64,000 nucleotides of DNA from an uncultured Acidobacteriaceae bacterium. Lineage in GTDB: Bacteria > Acidobacteriota > Terriglobia > Terriglobales > Acidobacteriaceae. Below, one piece after another: positions 34,916-46,208 of this stretch. The stretch lies in contig CAWAPM010000003.1 in NCBI GenBank assembly GCA_963783925.1, positions 62,974 through 126,973 of the forward strand, read 5' to 3'. The notes below the pieces were generated by a model. The model had not been told where the DNA came from. It saw nothing but the letters and a program-made list of their open reading frames with translations, and made no database searches. The translations under genes were made by a program, and so were the position numbers. Every line of letters begins with the position of its first letter. Position 1 is the first letter of the stretch.

Positions 34916-35648
34916 TGCCGGCCTCCCTTCTCGGCGTCTCGCCCGTATACGGCGGCCGATAGGCCCCAGGCGGCAGCGCATTCCGCGCCGGCGCAGAGCT
35001 CGTGTGTCTCAGGCTGCGCCGCTTTGGCCGCATGCCGCTCACTCGCAGTGGCCGGAACGTAATCGGCCAGCACATCGAAGGTCACCGCGCTCGACGCGCT
35101 CACCGGCTCCACGCGCTGGTTTGGTCCACCGCCCGATGTCTCCGCGCTCTCGCTCAACAATGCGCGGCCGCAGGAACCGCCGTGAGTGCTCCAGATTCTC
35201 CACCATCTGGATGGTGCGGTCGCGCGGTCCCAGCACCCGCAGCCGCAGCGTGATGTGTCCGTCCTTGTCGCGCGAGGGCTCCAGCGTAGTCACCTGCACG
35301 CCGCCCGGCAGCACCGTCTCCAGGTCTTCCATCGCCAGCGTCCACGAGAAAGCCTTCTCGTCGAAAAGCTGATTCAGATTCTCTGCCTGCGCCAGTACCG
35401 CCGCATTGTCCGGCTGCCGCATCATGGCCTCATAGCCGTGCCGTTCGTTGTTGCACCCGCGCAATCTGCTCATCCAGCGCCTCGTCCCGCAGCCCGCGCC
35501 TGCTTGGCCTTCTGCGTCAAACAGCATGCAGCCCCACCACCAGCGCAATCGCCGCAATCGCAAGCACGCCCATCGCAATGCGCAGCCGCTTGAGCAGCGG
35601 AGCCAGATTCGTGAATGGCCGCGTGGCGAGATTGATGGCGATCCGCAT
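34912..35648 (-). CDS. PilN domain protein (indels)
   Basis: MRIAINLATRPF, KAFSWTLAMEDLETVLPGGVQV, VENLEHSRRF. Confidence 0.75.
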
Positions 35649-36560
35649 CAGGCCGCTCCCGCCAGCGCGCCGGCCATGCCGGCAAAGCTTAGCTTGCCCA
35701 GCGGGGTGGCCGCGCCCGTGGTCGGCCGCGCCGCCAGCTCGACAACTTCAATCTCCGCATCGTTCACGATCCAGCGCGCAAACTCCTGCCGCCGCCATTC
35801 GGCCCCGCATAGTAGAGCTGCGCGGCCGCGCGCCAGCTTGTCTTCAAAATACGCAGCCGCCACCGCAATGTCGCGCTGCACCTCGCCCAGCCGCGCGCCG
35901 GCATCCTCGGGCAGATCCAGCGTGCGATACAGCAGCAAGATCCTGCCCATGGGTGATTGCCGTGGTCAGCGAGCACGCGCTCAGGCAGGCCATCAGCGCG
36001 GGCTCGTCGGTCTCGAGAGCCGCCAGCGCCGCCAGGCTCGACGGCAGCACCGCGCCCGGCTCATATCCCGCCGCGCGCACCGCCGCTTCATACTCCGTCC
36101 AGAATCGGCCCCGGCAGTCACCGCAATCAGCACCCGGCATTCGCTCTTCGTCTCGGACAGAACCTGATAGCTCACGCCCGCCTTCTCCACATCGAAGGGA
36201 ACCATCTTGCGCAGCCGGAACCGCAGCACCGGGACTACATCCGCCGCCTTCGCGGGCAGGGAATCGAAGTCCAGCACAAACACCCGCACGCACCGTGTCC
36301 GGCAGCACCAGCGTCACCGACCGCGCCACGCGGCGACACATCGTCCAGCGCCGCGCGAATCGCCGTCTGTCACCTGCTCCGGCGCGCGCAGATTGGTCTC
36401 GTCGATGCCCGGCACCAGCGCCCCCAGGCGGCAGCGGCGCAAACGCGTACACCGGCGCTGCGCCTTTGCCCGGCAGCGCCGCGGCCAGCACGCCCTCGGG
36501 CGTCAGCTCCACCGCCGCGGGGGCCGCGCCTGCCTGCGTTCCGCTTGCTCGTACTCAGAT
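35648..36560 (-). CDS. PilM/GspL-like protein (indels; start approximate)
   Basis: VTLVLPD, RVFVLDFDSLP, RFRLRKMVPFD, EYEAAVRAAGYEPGAVLPS. Confidence 0.65.
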
Positions 36561-36600
36561 CCTAGTCGCAATCGTCCGGCTCCGATCCCTGACCCCTGTT

Positions 36601-38251
36601 CTACGCGATGCCTCGATGAACGTCACCTTGTTGATCTCCTTCAGCGTCGTCATGTCCGCGCCGCACGCGGTCCAGCGCCGACTCGCGCAGAAACGACATG
36701 CCTTCCTTCTGCGCCAGCTTGCGCACTTCCGAGGTCGGCTTCTTCTCCAGAATCAGCTCGCGAATCGGATCGGTCAAATCCAGCAGCTCGTGGATCGCCG
36801 TTCGTCCGCGATAGCCCGTGCCGCCGCACTCCATGCAGCCCGCGCCCTCGCGGAACGCGAACCCGCGCCACTCCGCCAGATCCATGCCGCTCGCCAGCAG
36901 CACGTCGTCGTCGTATATGCACCGTGCGCACGCAGTACTCGCAAATGGTCCGCACCAGCCGCTGCGCCAGGATGCAGTTCAGCGCCGAAACAAAGTTGTA
37001 CGCCTCCACACCCATATTCAAAAAGCGCCCCAGCACGTCGACCACGTTGTTCGCGTGCACCGTCGTGAACACCAGGTGCCCAGTCAGCGCCGAGTTGATC
37101 GCGATCTGCGCCGTCTCCTGGTCGCGAATTTCGCCGACCAGGATCTTGTCCGGATCGTGCCGCAGAATCGACCGCAGTCCGCGCGCAAACGTCAGGCCCT
37201 TCTTCTCGTTCACCGGAATCTGCGTGATCCCGCGAATCTGATACTCGACCGGGTCTTCAATGGTGATGATCTTGTCTTCGTCGCTCTTGATCTCGTTCAG
37301 CGCCGCATAGAGCGTCGTCGTCTTGCCCGATCCGGTCGGCCCCGTCACCAGCACCATGCCATAGGGCTCGCGAATATACCGCCGGAACCGCCGCAGATCC
37401 TCATCCGCAAATCCCACCACATCCAGCGTCAGGTTGCGAAACTTCTCGCTCATCGACTCTTTGTCGAGCACGCGCAGCACGGCATTCTCGCCATGCACCG
37501 TCGGCATAATCGACACGCGGAAATCGATCAGCCGGCCCTTGTAGCGCACCCGGAAACGTCCGTCCTGCGGCACGCGCCGCTCGGCAATATCCAGCTCGCT
37601 CATGATCTTGATGCGGCTCAGAATCGTCGTGTGGTGCTCGCGCGCAATCGGCGCCATCGCCTCCTGCAGCACGCCGTCAATGCGGTACTTCACATGCACC
37701 GAATCGTCGTAGCTCTCGATGTGAATATCGGACGCGCGCCGCTCCAGCGCCGTGAAAATCGTCGTGTCCACGAGGCGAATAATCGGGCTGATGTCCTCAT
37801 CGCTGGTCAGCTTCTCAATCGAGATGTTTTCGTCGGAGTTGTCGTCGCCCGTCAGCACGTCGAAGGTCAGCCCTTCGCTGGCCTCGTCCAGCACGCGCTG
37901 CGACTGCTCCGTCTTCTTCAGCAGATCGGTGATCTGCGAGAGCGTAGCCACGCGCGGCGACAATCGCTGCTGCCCCAGCAGCCCTGCAATCTCGTCCAGC
38001 ACCATCAGCCGCGAGGGATCGCTCACCGCAATCACCAGCGCCTCTTCGCCCTGCTGCTCAATCGGCACAAAGTTGTAGCGGAACATCAGCTCCACCGGCA
38101 CCGTGCGCAGCAGCTCGTGCTGAATCTTGAAGTTCTTCAGGTCCACAAACTCCGCGCGATAGCGCGCCGCCAGCGCCTCGGCCTGCGCTCGTTCCTCCGG
38201 GCTGCCCGGCATCGGGCCAGCCGGAAGCGAAAGTACACTCGTATCCGCCAT
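36601..38251 (-). CDS. GspE/PilB secretion ATPase (indels near the 3' end)
   Basis: ASDIHIE, ERRVPQDGR, GPTGSGKTTTLY, TIEDPVE, LRHDPDKILVGEIRD, TGHLVFTTVHAN, CxxC pairs. Confidence 0.93.
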
Positions 38252-38258
38252 CGTCCAT

Positions 38259-39467
38259 CTACCCCTGTCCTCCGGCCGCCGATCCCAGCGAAAAGATCGG
38301 CAGGTAAAGCGAAATCAGAATGAAGACCACCACCACGCCCATCACAATCAGAATGGCGGGCTCAATCAGCGCCAGCGCCGCGGTCAGCGCCGTCGCCACA
38401 TCTTCCTCAAAAAACTCCGCCACCGAGTTCAGCATCTGCGGCAGCGCGCCGGTCTGCTCGCCTACCGAAATCATCTCCGTCGCCAGATCCGGAATCACCT
38501 TCGTCTCGGTCAGCGCATCGGCCAGGCTCTTGCCCTCGCGCACGGTCTCAATCGAGTGCTGCACCGCCTTCGACACCCGCCGCGACGAGATCGACCGCGC
38601 CGCCGTATCGAGCGAAGGCACCAGCGGCAATCCGCCCGTCAGCAGCGTCGAAAGCGTGCGCGCAAACAGCGCCACCTGATACTTGAGCCAGATCTTGCCG
38701 AAGACCGGCAGCCCGATGCGAAAGCCGTCGACAAAATCCCGGCCCGCGCTCGGTCATCGAAAACCGGTAGAGCGCAAAGCCGCCCACGACCAACAAAGTC
38801 ACCAGGCCATCCAGAATGTTGCGCTGCGTCCATTTGCCAAAGGCCAGCAGCGCCACCGTCATCGCCGGCAGCTGCGAGCCCATCTGCTCATAGAGCTCCG
38901 AAAACTGCGGAATCACCACCGTGAACATGAAGACCAGCAGGCCCGACACCAGCGTCAGCAGCAGACATGGGATAGATCAGCGACGCCACCAGCTTCTTGC
39001 GAAACGTCAGCGCCACGCGCTGGAAGGCCACATACCGCTCCAGCACCTCCTGCAGATTGCCCGACCGCTCGCCCGCCAGCAGCGTCGTCGTATAAATCGT
39101 CGGAATCCCCTGCCTGCGCCTCAAACGCCGACGAAAGCGCCTCGCCCGTCTTCACGCGGTTGGCCACATCCTCAAGCTGCGCGGCAAAGTGCGCGTCCTT
39201 CTGCCCCTTGGCCAGCATGTTCAGCGAGCCCAGAATCGGCAGCCCCGCGCGAACCAGCGTCAAAAACTGCTGATTGAAGATCAGGAATTTTTCGAGCTTG
39301 ACCTTGCGCCGCCCCAGCAGCGAAACCGTGCCGCGCGCCTTGACGGAAAACACGTGATAGCCCGCATGCACAAACCGCGTGCGCAGCTCGTCGGCCGTCG
39401 CCGCGGTCTGCACCTGCTCCTGCACGCGGCCGCGCTCATCGGCCAGCTTGATGACGAATTCTGCCAT
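38259..39467 (-). CDS. GspF/PilC inner-membrane platform protein (indels)
   Basis: FNQQFLTLVRAGLP, AGERSGNL, SLIYP, FARTLSTLLTGG, VGEQTGAL, LIEP. Confidence 0.9.
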
Positions 39468-39714
39468 AGGTCGGGCTGCCTGCCGGCCACACGCCGCGCC
39501 GGCGATCCTCTGCGCCTCTTCAGGGTAACAGTCTCTCTGCCCTCATAGACGCAATCCCGCCGCCAGACGTTCGTTCGCTTCCCGGACCTGCCGCACAGCC
39601 TCTGTCGTTCCCAATCTGCCTGCATCTCCGGAAGCTTTCACGCGCATGGTCGGGCGGTTATAGTGGCTCAAAGCCCGTATCTTCAAGCCGGGCCCCGGAC
39701 GAGGTCCACCCGCC

Positions 39715-40921
39715 ATGGCCACCAAGGTCAAGCTGTGGTTTCTGCACACATCCACCCGCTGGAGCCACCTCCGCACCATTCCACTGCGCCGCCTCTCCGT
39801 GCTCATGGCCGCGGTCTTCCTGATCTTCTCCGTCATCGGCTATTACATTGACCTCACCCACAGCGGCGAGCTGCCCTACGCGGTCGCTATCAGCCTCGCC
39901 ATCATCAGCGGCCTCAACGCAGTCCTCTGGATCGTCGTCGTCACGCGCCCGTCCCGCATCTACCTCATCCTCCTCATCGCGCTGCAGTTCTTCCTGGGCC
40001 AGATCGAAACCGTCATCGCCAACGCGCTCATTGACACCTTCCACCTCAAGCCCGTTCCCTCGCAGGACGGCATCTACTTTGCTTCCACCGCGACTCTCTG
40101 CACCGTCATTCTTTCCTACGTCTTCTTCATCACTTTCATTCGCCGCCAGGGCCTCGAGTCCTTCCGCATGGCCAACGAACTGGCCCTCGCCCACGGCATC
40201 CAGAAGACCCTCGTTCCGCCCGTCATGCTCCGCACCGCGGCCTTCGATATCTACGGCATCTCCTGCCCCAGCGAACAGGTCGGCGGCGATCTCGTCGATG
40301 CCATCCGCCTCGCCGGCGGCGATGCCATTGCCTACCTCGCCGACATCGCCGGCCACGGTCTGCAGGCCGGCATCCTCATGGGCATGCTCAAAACCGCCGC
40401 CCGCACCGCGCTTCTCGATGCCGGCGAGCGCGAGCCCGCGCGTACGCTGCCCGTACTGCTCGACCGCCTCAACACCGTGCTCCCTGAAGTGAAGGAAGCG
40501 CACATGTACGCCACCTTCACCGGCCTGCGTCTCGGTGCTGATGGCGCCGTCCACTACGCCCTCGCCGCCAGCCCGCCGCTGCTGCACTGGCACGCCAGTG
40601 GCCGCACGCTTTCCAATACCGAGCAGGAGCAGTTTCCCCTCGGCCTCCTGCCCGTCCCGTCCTTTGACGGCGCAGCCCTCAATACCGCTCCCGGCGATTT
40701 GCTCGTCGTCGCCACCGACGGCATCCTCGAAGTCGCCAGCAAATCCGGCCCAAATGCGCCAAATGCGAATGAGGAGTACGGCGTCGACCGCCTCAAGTCC
40801 GTCATCGAGCGCAGCCGCCGCCGACCCGCTGCCCGTCATCGCCGAAAATATCCTCGCCGCCGCGCGCGCCTTCGGCCCCCAGTTCGACGACCAGACCATC
40901 CTCGTCATCCGCCGCCTCTAG
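39715..40921 (+). CDS. Membrane-bound PP2C/SpoIIE phosphatase (frameshift near 40820)
   Basis: N-terminal TMs, VGGDLVD, ADIAGHG, ATDGILE, QFDDQTIL. Confidence 0.88.
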
Positions 40922-40984
40922 TTCGCTCATGCAAGCAACGCGCAACCCTGTATCCTGTTTGCGTTCCTTCTGAAAGCGGCAGCG

Positions 40985-42430
40985 GTGAGCACTCAATTGC
41001 ACAAGGCACTCGCAGGTCACGGCATCGGAGCAGCGAAGCGGCGCATTCCTGTCGTGGCGCTCACCGTTGCCGCGTCCGTCGTTGTTCTCGTCTTGCTCAC
41101 CGGCGCAGGCTTTCGCTGGGTTCATCATGCCGCCGTCCGCCCCGTCGTCCCCTACCCGCATGAGACCGCCCGCATCAGCTTCGCCATCGCCGGCGACGTC
41201 ATCCCCCATGAAGCAGTCCGCGCCGCCGCAGCCGCGCAGGGCGAGGGCGAAGCCGGCTGGGCCGCGCTCTTCTCGGATGTCGCCGACGTCTTCCAATCCG
41301 CCGACTTCGGCTTCGTCAACATGGAGACGCCCGTCGCGCCCGACCACTCCCGCGGCACCAAGCCCTTCATGTTCAACGCGCCCATCGCTCTGCCCCAGGC
41401 CCTCAAGGCCAGCGGCATCAAGATCGTCTCCTTCGCCAACAACCACGTCATGGATCAGGGTTGGCCCGGCTTCTTTGAAACCCGCGAGCACCTCCGCGAA
41501 ATCGGCCTGCTCTTCGCCGGCTCCGGCGACACCGAAGCCCAAACCTTCCGGCCCGTCTTTACTGAGGCCAACGGCATCAAGGTCGGCTGGCTCGGCATGA
41601 CCCGCTGGCTCAACGGCAACCGCAACCCCGACAATCCCGCCGAGCCCCACGTCAACTTCTTCCCCTATCCCGGCGAATCCGGCGGCGCGCCCGGAGCCGA
41701 CGAAGCCCAGGTCCTCGCCGCCATCAAAGCCGCCCGCGCCCAGTGCGACTTCCTCGTCGTTTCCATCCACTGGGGCATCGAGTACCAGCCCGCCCCGCGC
41801 CCCGACGACGTCGACCTCGCCCACAAGATGCTCGACGCCGGCGCCTCGGTCATCGTCGGCCACCATCCCCATGTGCTCCAGCCCGTCGAAACCTACCGCG
41901 CCGCCGACGGCCGCAACACCGTCATCTTCTACTCGCTCGGCAATTTCCTGTCGAACCAGTCGCGCAGCTACGTCGACGGCCTCATGCCCGACAAGGATGG
42001 TGATCCCCGCGACGAAATGATCGGCCTCTTCTCCGCCGTGCGTCAGGACTACGGCCCCGGCGGCATCCGCGTCGAGCTCGGCCACGTCGGCATCCTGCCC
42101 ATGTGGGAAGAAAACAACCGCAACGACCTCGCCGCCGGCAAAACCAAAACCCCCATCATCCGCCCCGTCTTAATCGACAGGGAGATCCCGAAGCTGCAAG
42201 CCCGTCTAGACGAATTGTCGAAGATTGCCGACCAGAACAAAGCCAACCCCAGCGCGCCCGCGGATCAAAGCAGCTCCCCAGCCGTTTCCGCACTCACCGC
42301 CGATCAGCAAAAGGAATTTGTCGAGCTCACCACCCAGCTCAAGCTCCTCACCGACCGCCGCGCCATCATCCTGGCCCGCACCGGCGACGACTACGTCACT
42401 GATCCGCCGAAGCTCTTCACCAAGCCGTAG
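40985..42430 (+). CDS. CapA family (poly-gamma-glutamate synthesis) metallophosphoesterase
   Basis: AGDVIPH, VNMETP, FANNHVMDQG, SIHWGIEY, GHHPHVLQP, YSLGNF. Confidence 0.9.
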   Translation: MSTQLHKALAGHGIGAAKRRIPVVALTVAASVVVLVLLTGAGFRWVHHAAVRPVVPYPHETARISFAIAGDVIPHEAVRAAAAAQGEGEAGWAALFSDVADVFQSADFGFVNMETPVAPDHSRGTKPFMFNAPIALPQALKASGIKIVSFANNHVMDQGWPGFFETREHLREIGLLFAGSGDTEAQTFRPVFTEANGIKVGWLGMTRWLNGNRNPDNPAEPHVNFFPYPGESGGAPGADEAQVLAAIKAARAQCDFLVVSIHWGIEYQPAPRPDDVDLAHKMLDAGASVIVGHHPHVLQPVETYRAADGRNTVIFYSLGNFLSNQSRSYVDGLMPDKDGDPRDEMIGLFSAVRQDYGPGGIRVELGHVGILPMWEENNRNDLAAGKTKTPIIRPVLIDREIPKLQARLDELSKIADQNKANPSAPADQSSSPAVSALTADQQKEFVELTTQLKLLTDRRAIILARTGDDYVTDPPKLFTKP

Positions 42431-42460
42431 CGGAATACAGTCGGAAGGTTCAGATTACGG

Positions 42461-42883
42461 CTAGACCAGCAACGTTATCCCCTCGATCCGGGCCGCCGAT
42501 TCAAGGTCCCGATCAAGCGTGGATAAGGGCAGATGCTGATTTATCGCGAGAGCCAGATAGGCCGCGTCATAGAAAGACAATCTGTGCTTTCGCGCGAGTG
42601 CAAGCAGCTGGGACTCGTCGTGCGGGAATTCTACATCGATAGTGAACGCCTCCAGCCCGCGCAAAAACCGCGCCACATCGGCAGGGTCGATGCGGCCTCG
42701 CCTCTCATTCACCAAAAGGATATTGCGCACTTCGTACCACCAGATTGCGGGTACAACGGCAGATCCTGCCCCAAGCATGTCGAATGCGATGTCGGCGCTG
42801 GGATGATCTTCATCGCGCATGGCCCACGTAATGACAACGGACGCATCGAGGACAAAGCGCACCGCAATGGAAGCCGGACTCAC
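42461..42883 (-). CDS. vapC: VapC-type PIN toxin
   Basis: VLDASVV, WWYEVRN, LSFYDAAYLALA, TLDRDL. Confidence 0.9.
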   Translation of the reverse strand: MSPASIAVRFVLDASVVITWAMRDEDHPSADIAFDMLGAGSAVVPAIWWYEVRNILLVNERRGRIDPADVARFLRGLEAFTIDVEFPHDESQLLALARKHRLSFYDAAYLALAINQHLPLSTLDRDLESAARIEGITLLV

Positions 42884-43122
42884 ATCCGGCCTTCATCGCG
42901 CGCGGAAAGAATCTCCGCCAGGGAAACCGGCTTGGTCCGCTTGCGAATCTCGCGGATGCTTTCCATCGCGCGCTGGACACGCTCGCGGTCAAAGGCACTC
43001 TCGGGCTGAATGCGCGCGATGATCTTACCGTGCCGCGTAATCCGCACACTCTCGCCCTGCTCCACTTCGTCAAGAATTCGGAGCAGATGTGTCTTGGCTT
43101 CTGATGCTGCGAAAGTTTTCAT
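42880..43122 (-). CDS. Phd/YefM antitoxin
   Basis: EAKTHLLRILDEVEQGESVRITRHGKIIARI. Confidence 0.9.
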   Translation of the reverse strand: MKTFAASEAKTHLLRILDEVEQGESVRITRHGKIIARIQPESAFDRERVQRAMESIREIRKRTKPVSLAEILSARDEGRM

Positions 43123-43159
43123 AGAATTGACCAGTCAAAACGACCAGTCGATTCTACTA

Positions 43160-43834
43160 TCAATAGCCGTTCGCCACCAGCCAGCTTTCCGTCAGCTCCA
43201 GTTCGGGTTTCTTCTCGGCTTCCATCCGCTCCCAAGCCAGCTTTATCAGCACATCCGCCTCCACATTCATTGGCGAACCTATCTTCAATGTATGCAAATT
43301 GGTACGCCAATACGTTAAAGGAAGAATTGCAATTCTGATCGCGCCCTCTTCGATCGCAGCGATCGTCAAACTGATGCCCTCAATCGCCACCGACCCCTTC
43401 GGCGCCATCCACTTCTGCAGCTCCGCGGGCAGGCGCATCGTCAACGTCCAGTCGGTCGTCTTCTCATCAAAATTCCGGTCCGTCCGCGCCACTACCGGCT
43501 CCAGCGCCGCCAGCTCACCGGTCCCGTCCACATGCCCCTGCACAATATGCCCGCCCAGCGGACTGCCCGCCGCCGTCGGCAGCTCCAGGTTCACCCGCGC
43601 CCCCGCCGCCAGCGAGCCGAGTGAAGTCTTGTCCAGCGTCTCCTGCGCCACGTCCGCATGAAAGTAGGTCGGGTCCACATCCAGCGCCGTCAAACACACG
43701 CCGCTTACGCTCAGCGAGTCGCCCTCGCGCAGCCGCCCGGCCACGCCCGGCGCCTCCACAGTAATGCGCCGCACGCCGCCGCGCTCCGTCAGGCTCACCA
43801 GAGTTCCCGTCTGCTCAATAATCCCGGTAAACAT
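43160..43834 (-). CDS. ribE: Riboflavin synthase (alpha chain)
   Basis: MFTGIIE, GVCLT, VNLE, GGHIVQGHVD, KGSVAIEGISLT. Confidence 0.95.
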   Translation of the reverse strand: MFTGIIEQTGTLVSLTERGGVRRITVEAPGVAGRLREGDSLSVSGVCLTALDVDPTYFHADVAQETLDKTSLGSLAAGARVNLELPTAAGSPLGGHIVQGHVDGTGELAALEPVVARTDRNFDEKTTDWTLTMRLPAELQKWMAPKGSVAIEGISLTIAAIEEGAIRIAILPLTYWRTNLHTLKIGSPMNVEADVLIKLAWERMEAEKKPELELTESWLVANGY

Positions 43835-43926
43835 GCTTCCAGTTTAAGGCCGCCGAAGCCTCTGCTACTTTGGTACTCGCAGCATCTTCGTGCCCATCCA
43901 ACCATCGCATCCGTCGGAGCCTGCCC

Positions 43927-45617
43927 ATGCGTATGCTGACCAAAGCCCTCGCCCTGCTGCTCGCGGCCTCTTCCACCCTCGCCGCGCAAGACCGCTCCTA
44001 CGGCCGCTCCGTCGTCTCCACGCCCTATGGCATCGTGGCCACCAGCCAGGTCATCGCCTCGCAGGCTGGCGCGCGCGTCCTCGAGCAGGGCGGCTCCGCC
44101 ATCGACGCGGCCATCGCCGCCAACGCCGTCCTCAACGTCACCGAGCCCAACACCAACGGCATGGGCGGCGATCTCTTCGCCATCTACTGGGAAGCCAAAA
44201 CCGGCAAGCTCTACGGCCTCAACGCCAGCGGCTGGGCGCCCAAAGCCCTCACCATCCAGCACCTCAGCGCCAAGGGCATCACCGTCATGCCTCAGGAGGG
44301 CATCGACTCCGTCACCGTTCCCGGCGCTGTCGATGGATGGGCCAAGCTCCATCAGCGCTGGGGCCGCCTGCCCTGGCGCGATCTCTTCCAGCCCGCCATC
44401 TTTTATGCGCAGAACGGTTTCGCCGTCGGCGAAATCATCCATGACTGGTGGGCAGAGCGACCGCGAAGGCCTGCTCACCAATCCAGAGAGCACCCGCGTC
44501 TTTCTTCCCGGCGGCAACGCGCCACCCATCGGCCAGCTCTTCCGCAACCCCGACGTGGCCCACGCGCTCACATTGGTCGCCGATCAGGGCGAGGCCGTCT
44601 TCTACAACGGAGCCATCGCCCAGGCCATCCTCAAAACCTCAAACGATCTCGGCGGCACCATGACCGCCGACGATCTCGCTTCCTACTCCGCCGAGTGGGT
44701 CGAGCCGGTGCACACCACCTATCACGATTGGACCGTCTACGAGCTGCCGCCCAACGGCGACGGCATCGCCGCCCTCGAAATGCTCAACATCATGGAGCAG
44801 TTCCCGCCCGCCGCCGCTGGCCCTCACAGCGCCGCCGAACTCCACACCCGCATCGAGGCCATGAAGCTCGCCTACGCCGACGTCAAGGCCTACGACGGCG
44901 ATCCGCGCTTCAGCAAAATTCCCGTCGCCGAGCTTCTCTCCAAGAGCTACGCGGCCAAACGCGCCGCGCTCATCGACCCCGCCCACGCCAACTGCACCGT
45001 CGCCCCCGGCGCGCTCGGGTCGAGCGACACCACTTATTTCTCCGTCGTCGATCGCGAGGGCAACATCCTCTCCATCATTCAAAGCAACTACAACAACTTC
45101 GGCTCCAACGTCACCGTGCAGGGCATGGGCTTCGCGCTGCAGAATCGCGGCGGCCTCTTCGCCCTCGATCCCCAATCGCCCAATGCCCTCGCCGGCCGCA
45201 AGCGTCCCTTCCACACCATCATCCCCGCCTTCATGCAGCGCGGCGATCAGCACATCGGCTTCGGCATCATGGGCGGCCTCAACCAGCCCCTCGCCCACGC
45301 CCAGTTCGTCTCCAACGTCGTCGATTACCACATGAACATTCAGGCCGCGATGGAAGAGCCGCGCTTCACGGACCGTCGAACAGCTCGCCTGCAAAATTGT
45401 CATCGAGTCGCGCGTCGGCCCCGACACCATCGACACGCTCACCAGGATGGGCCACGTCCTGCAGGTCCACGGCGCATACACAGCCGCCATGGGCCGCGGC
45501 CAGGCCGTGCTCCACGACAGCACCACCGGCATCAACTCCGCGGCGTCTGACCCCCGCGCCGACGGCGCAGCCATCCCCGAGTCGCCTAATTTTTCGCAGT
45601 CAGCGCCGCGCCATTAG
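43927..45617 (+). CDS. ggt: Gamma-glutamyltransferase (indels near 44455 and 45385)
   Basis: GGSAIDAAIA, NGMGGD, TVPGAVDGW, DTTYFSVVD, KRPFHTIIP, GIMGG, SDPRADG. Confidence 0.9.
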
Positions 45618-45632
45618 AGGCTGGAGAAATCG

Positions 45633-45983
45633 TCAGAACCGCATCGAAATGCCGTTCTCTCCCATGCTCGTCAGCACTGAGAGCAGGTGCGTAATCCCCA
45701 GCAGCTCGCGAATCTGCTTGCCCAGGTTGATCAGCTCAAACCGGCAGCCGCCGCTCTTGCAGGAAACATAGAGCCGCACCATCGTGCCCAGCCCCATGCT
45801 GTCCACATACTTCACGTCCGTCAGGTCCAGCACAATCCGCTTGCACTCCGGAATCAGCGGACACACCGCTTCCTGCAGCGGTTTGGTCTGCCCGGCAATC
45901 AGACCGCCGTGGCAGTGCAACACCGCGCAATCGCCCTTGCGCTCAACTTCCAGAGTAAAAGGATGTGCAACAGCAGGCGCCAT
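45633..45983 (-). CDS. STAS domain / anti-sigma factor antagonist
   Basis: IVLDLTDVKYVDSMGLGTMV, LLGITHL. Confidence 0.88.
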   Translation of the reverse strand: MAPAVAHPFTLEVERKGDCAVLHCHGGLIAGQTKPLQEAVCPLIPECKRIVLDLTDVKYVDSMGLGTMVRLYVSCKSGGCRFELINLGKQIRELLGITHLLSVLTSMGENGISMRF

Positions 45984-46208
45984 GCGAAGCTCCTTCAAAT
46001 CAATTTGTGAGGAAGGGAAGAGTCGCCGATGATTCTCTCACAGCAACGCGTCGTCCGTTCAAAGAACGCAAGCCCGCCGCATCTCCGCAACTTGCCCGCC
46101 GCACGCGGGTTCATCACGATAACCTGAGCAGTCAGCATCACGCGGCGCAATCATCGCCGCGCAGCAGTCCAACGGTATTCACGCATCAGGCAGTCCGCGA
46201 GCGTTCCC

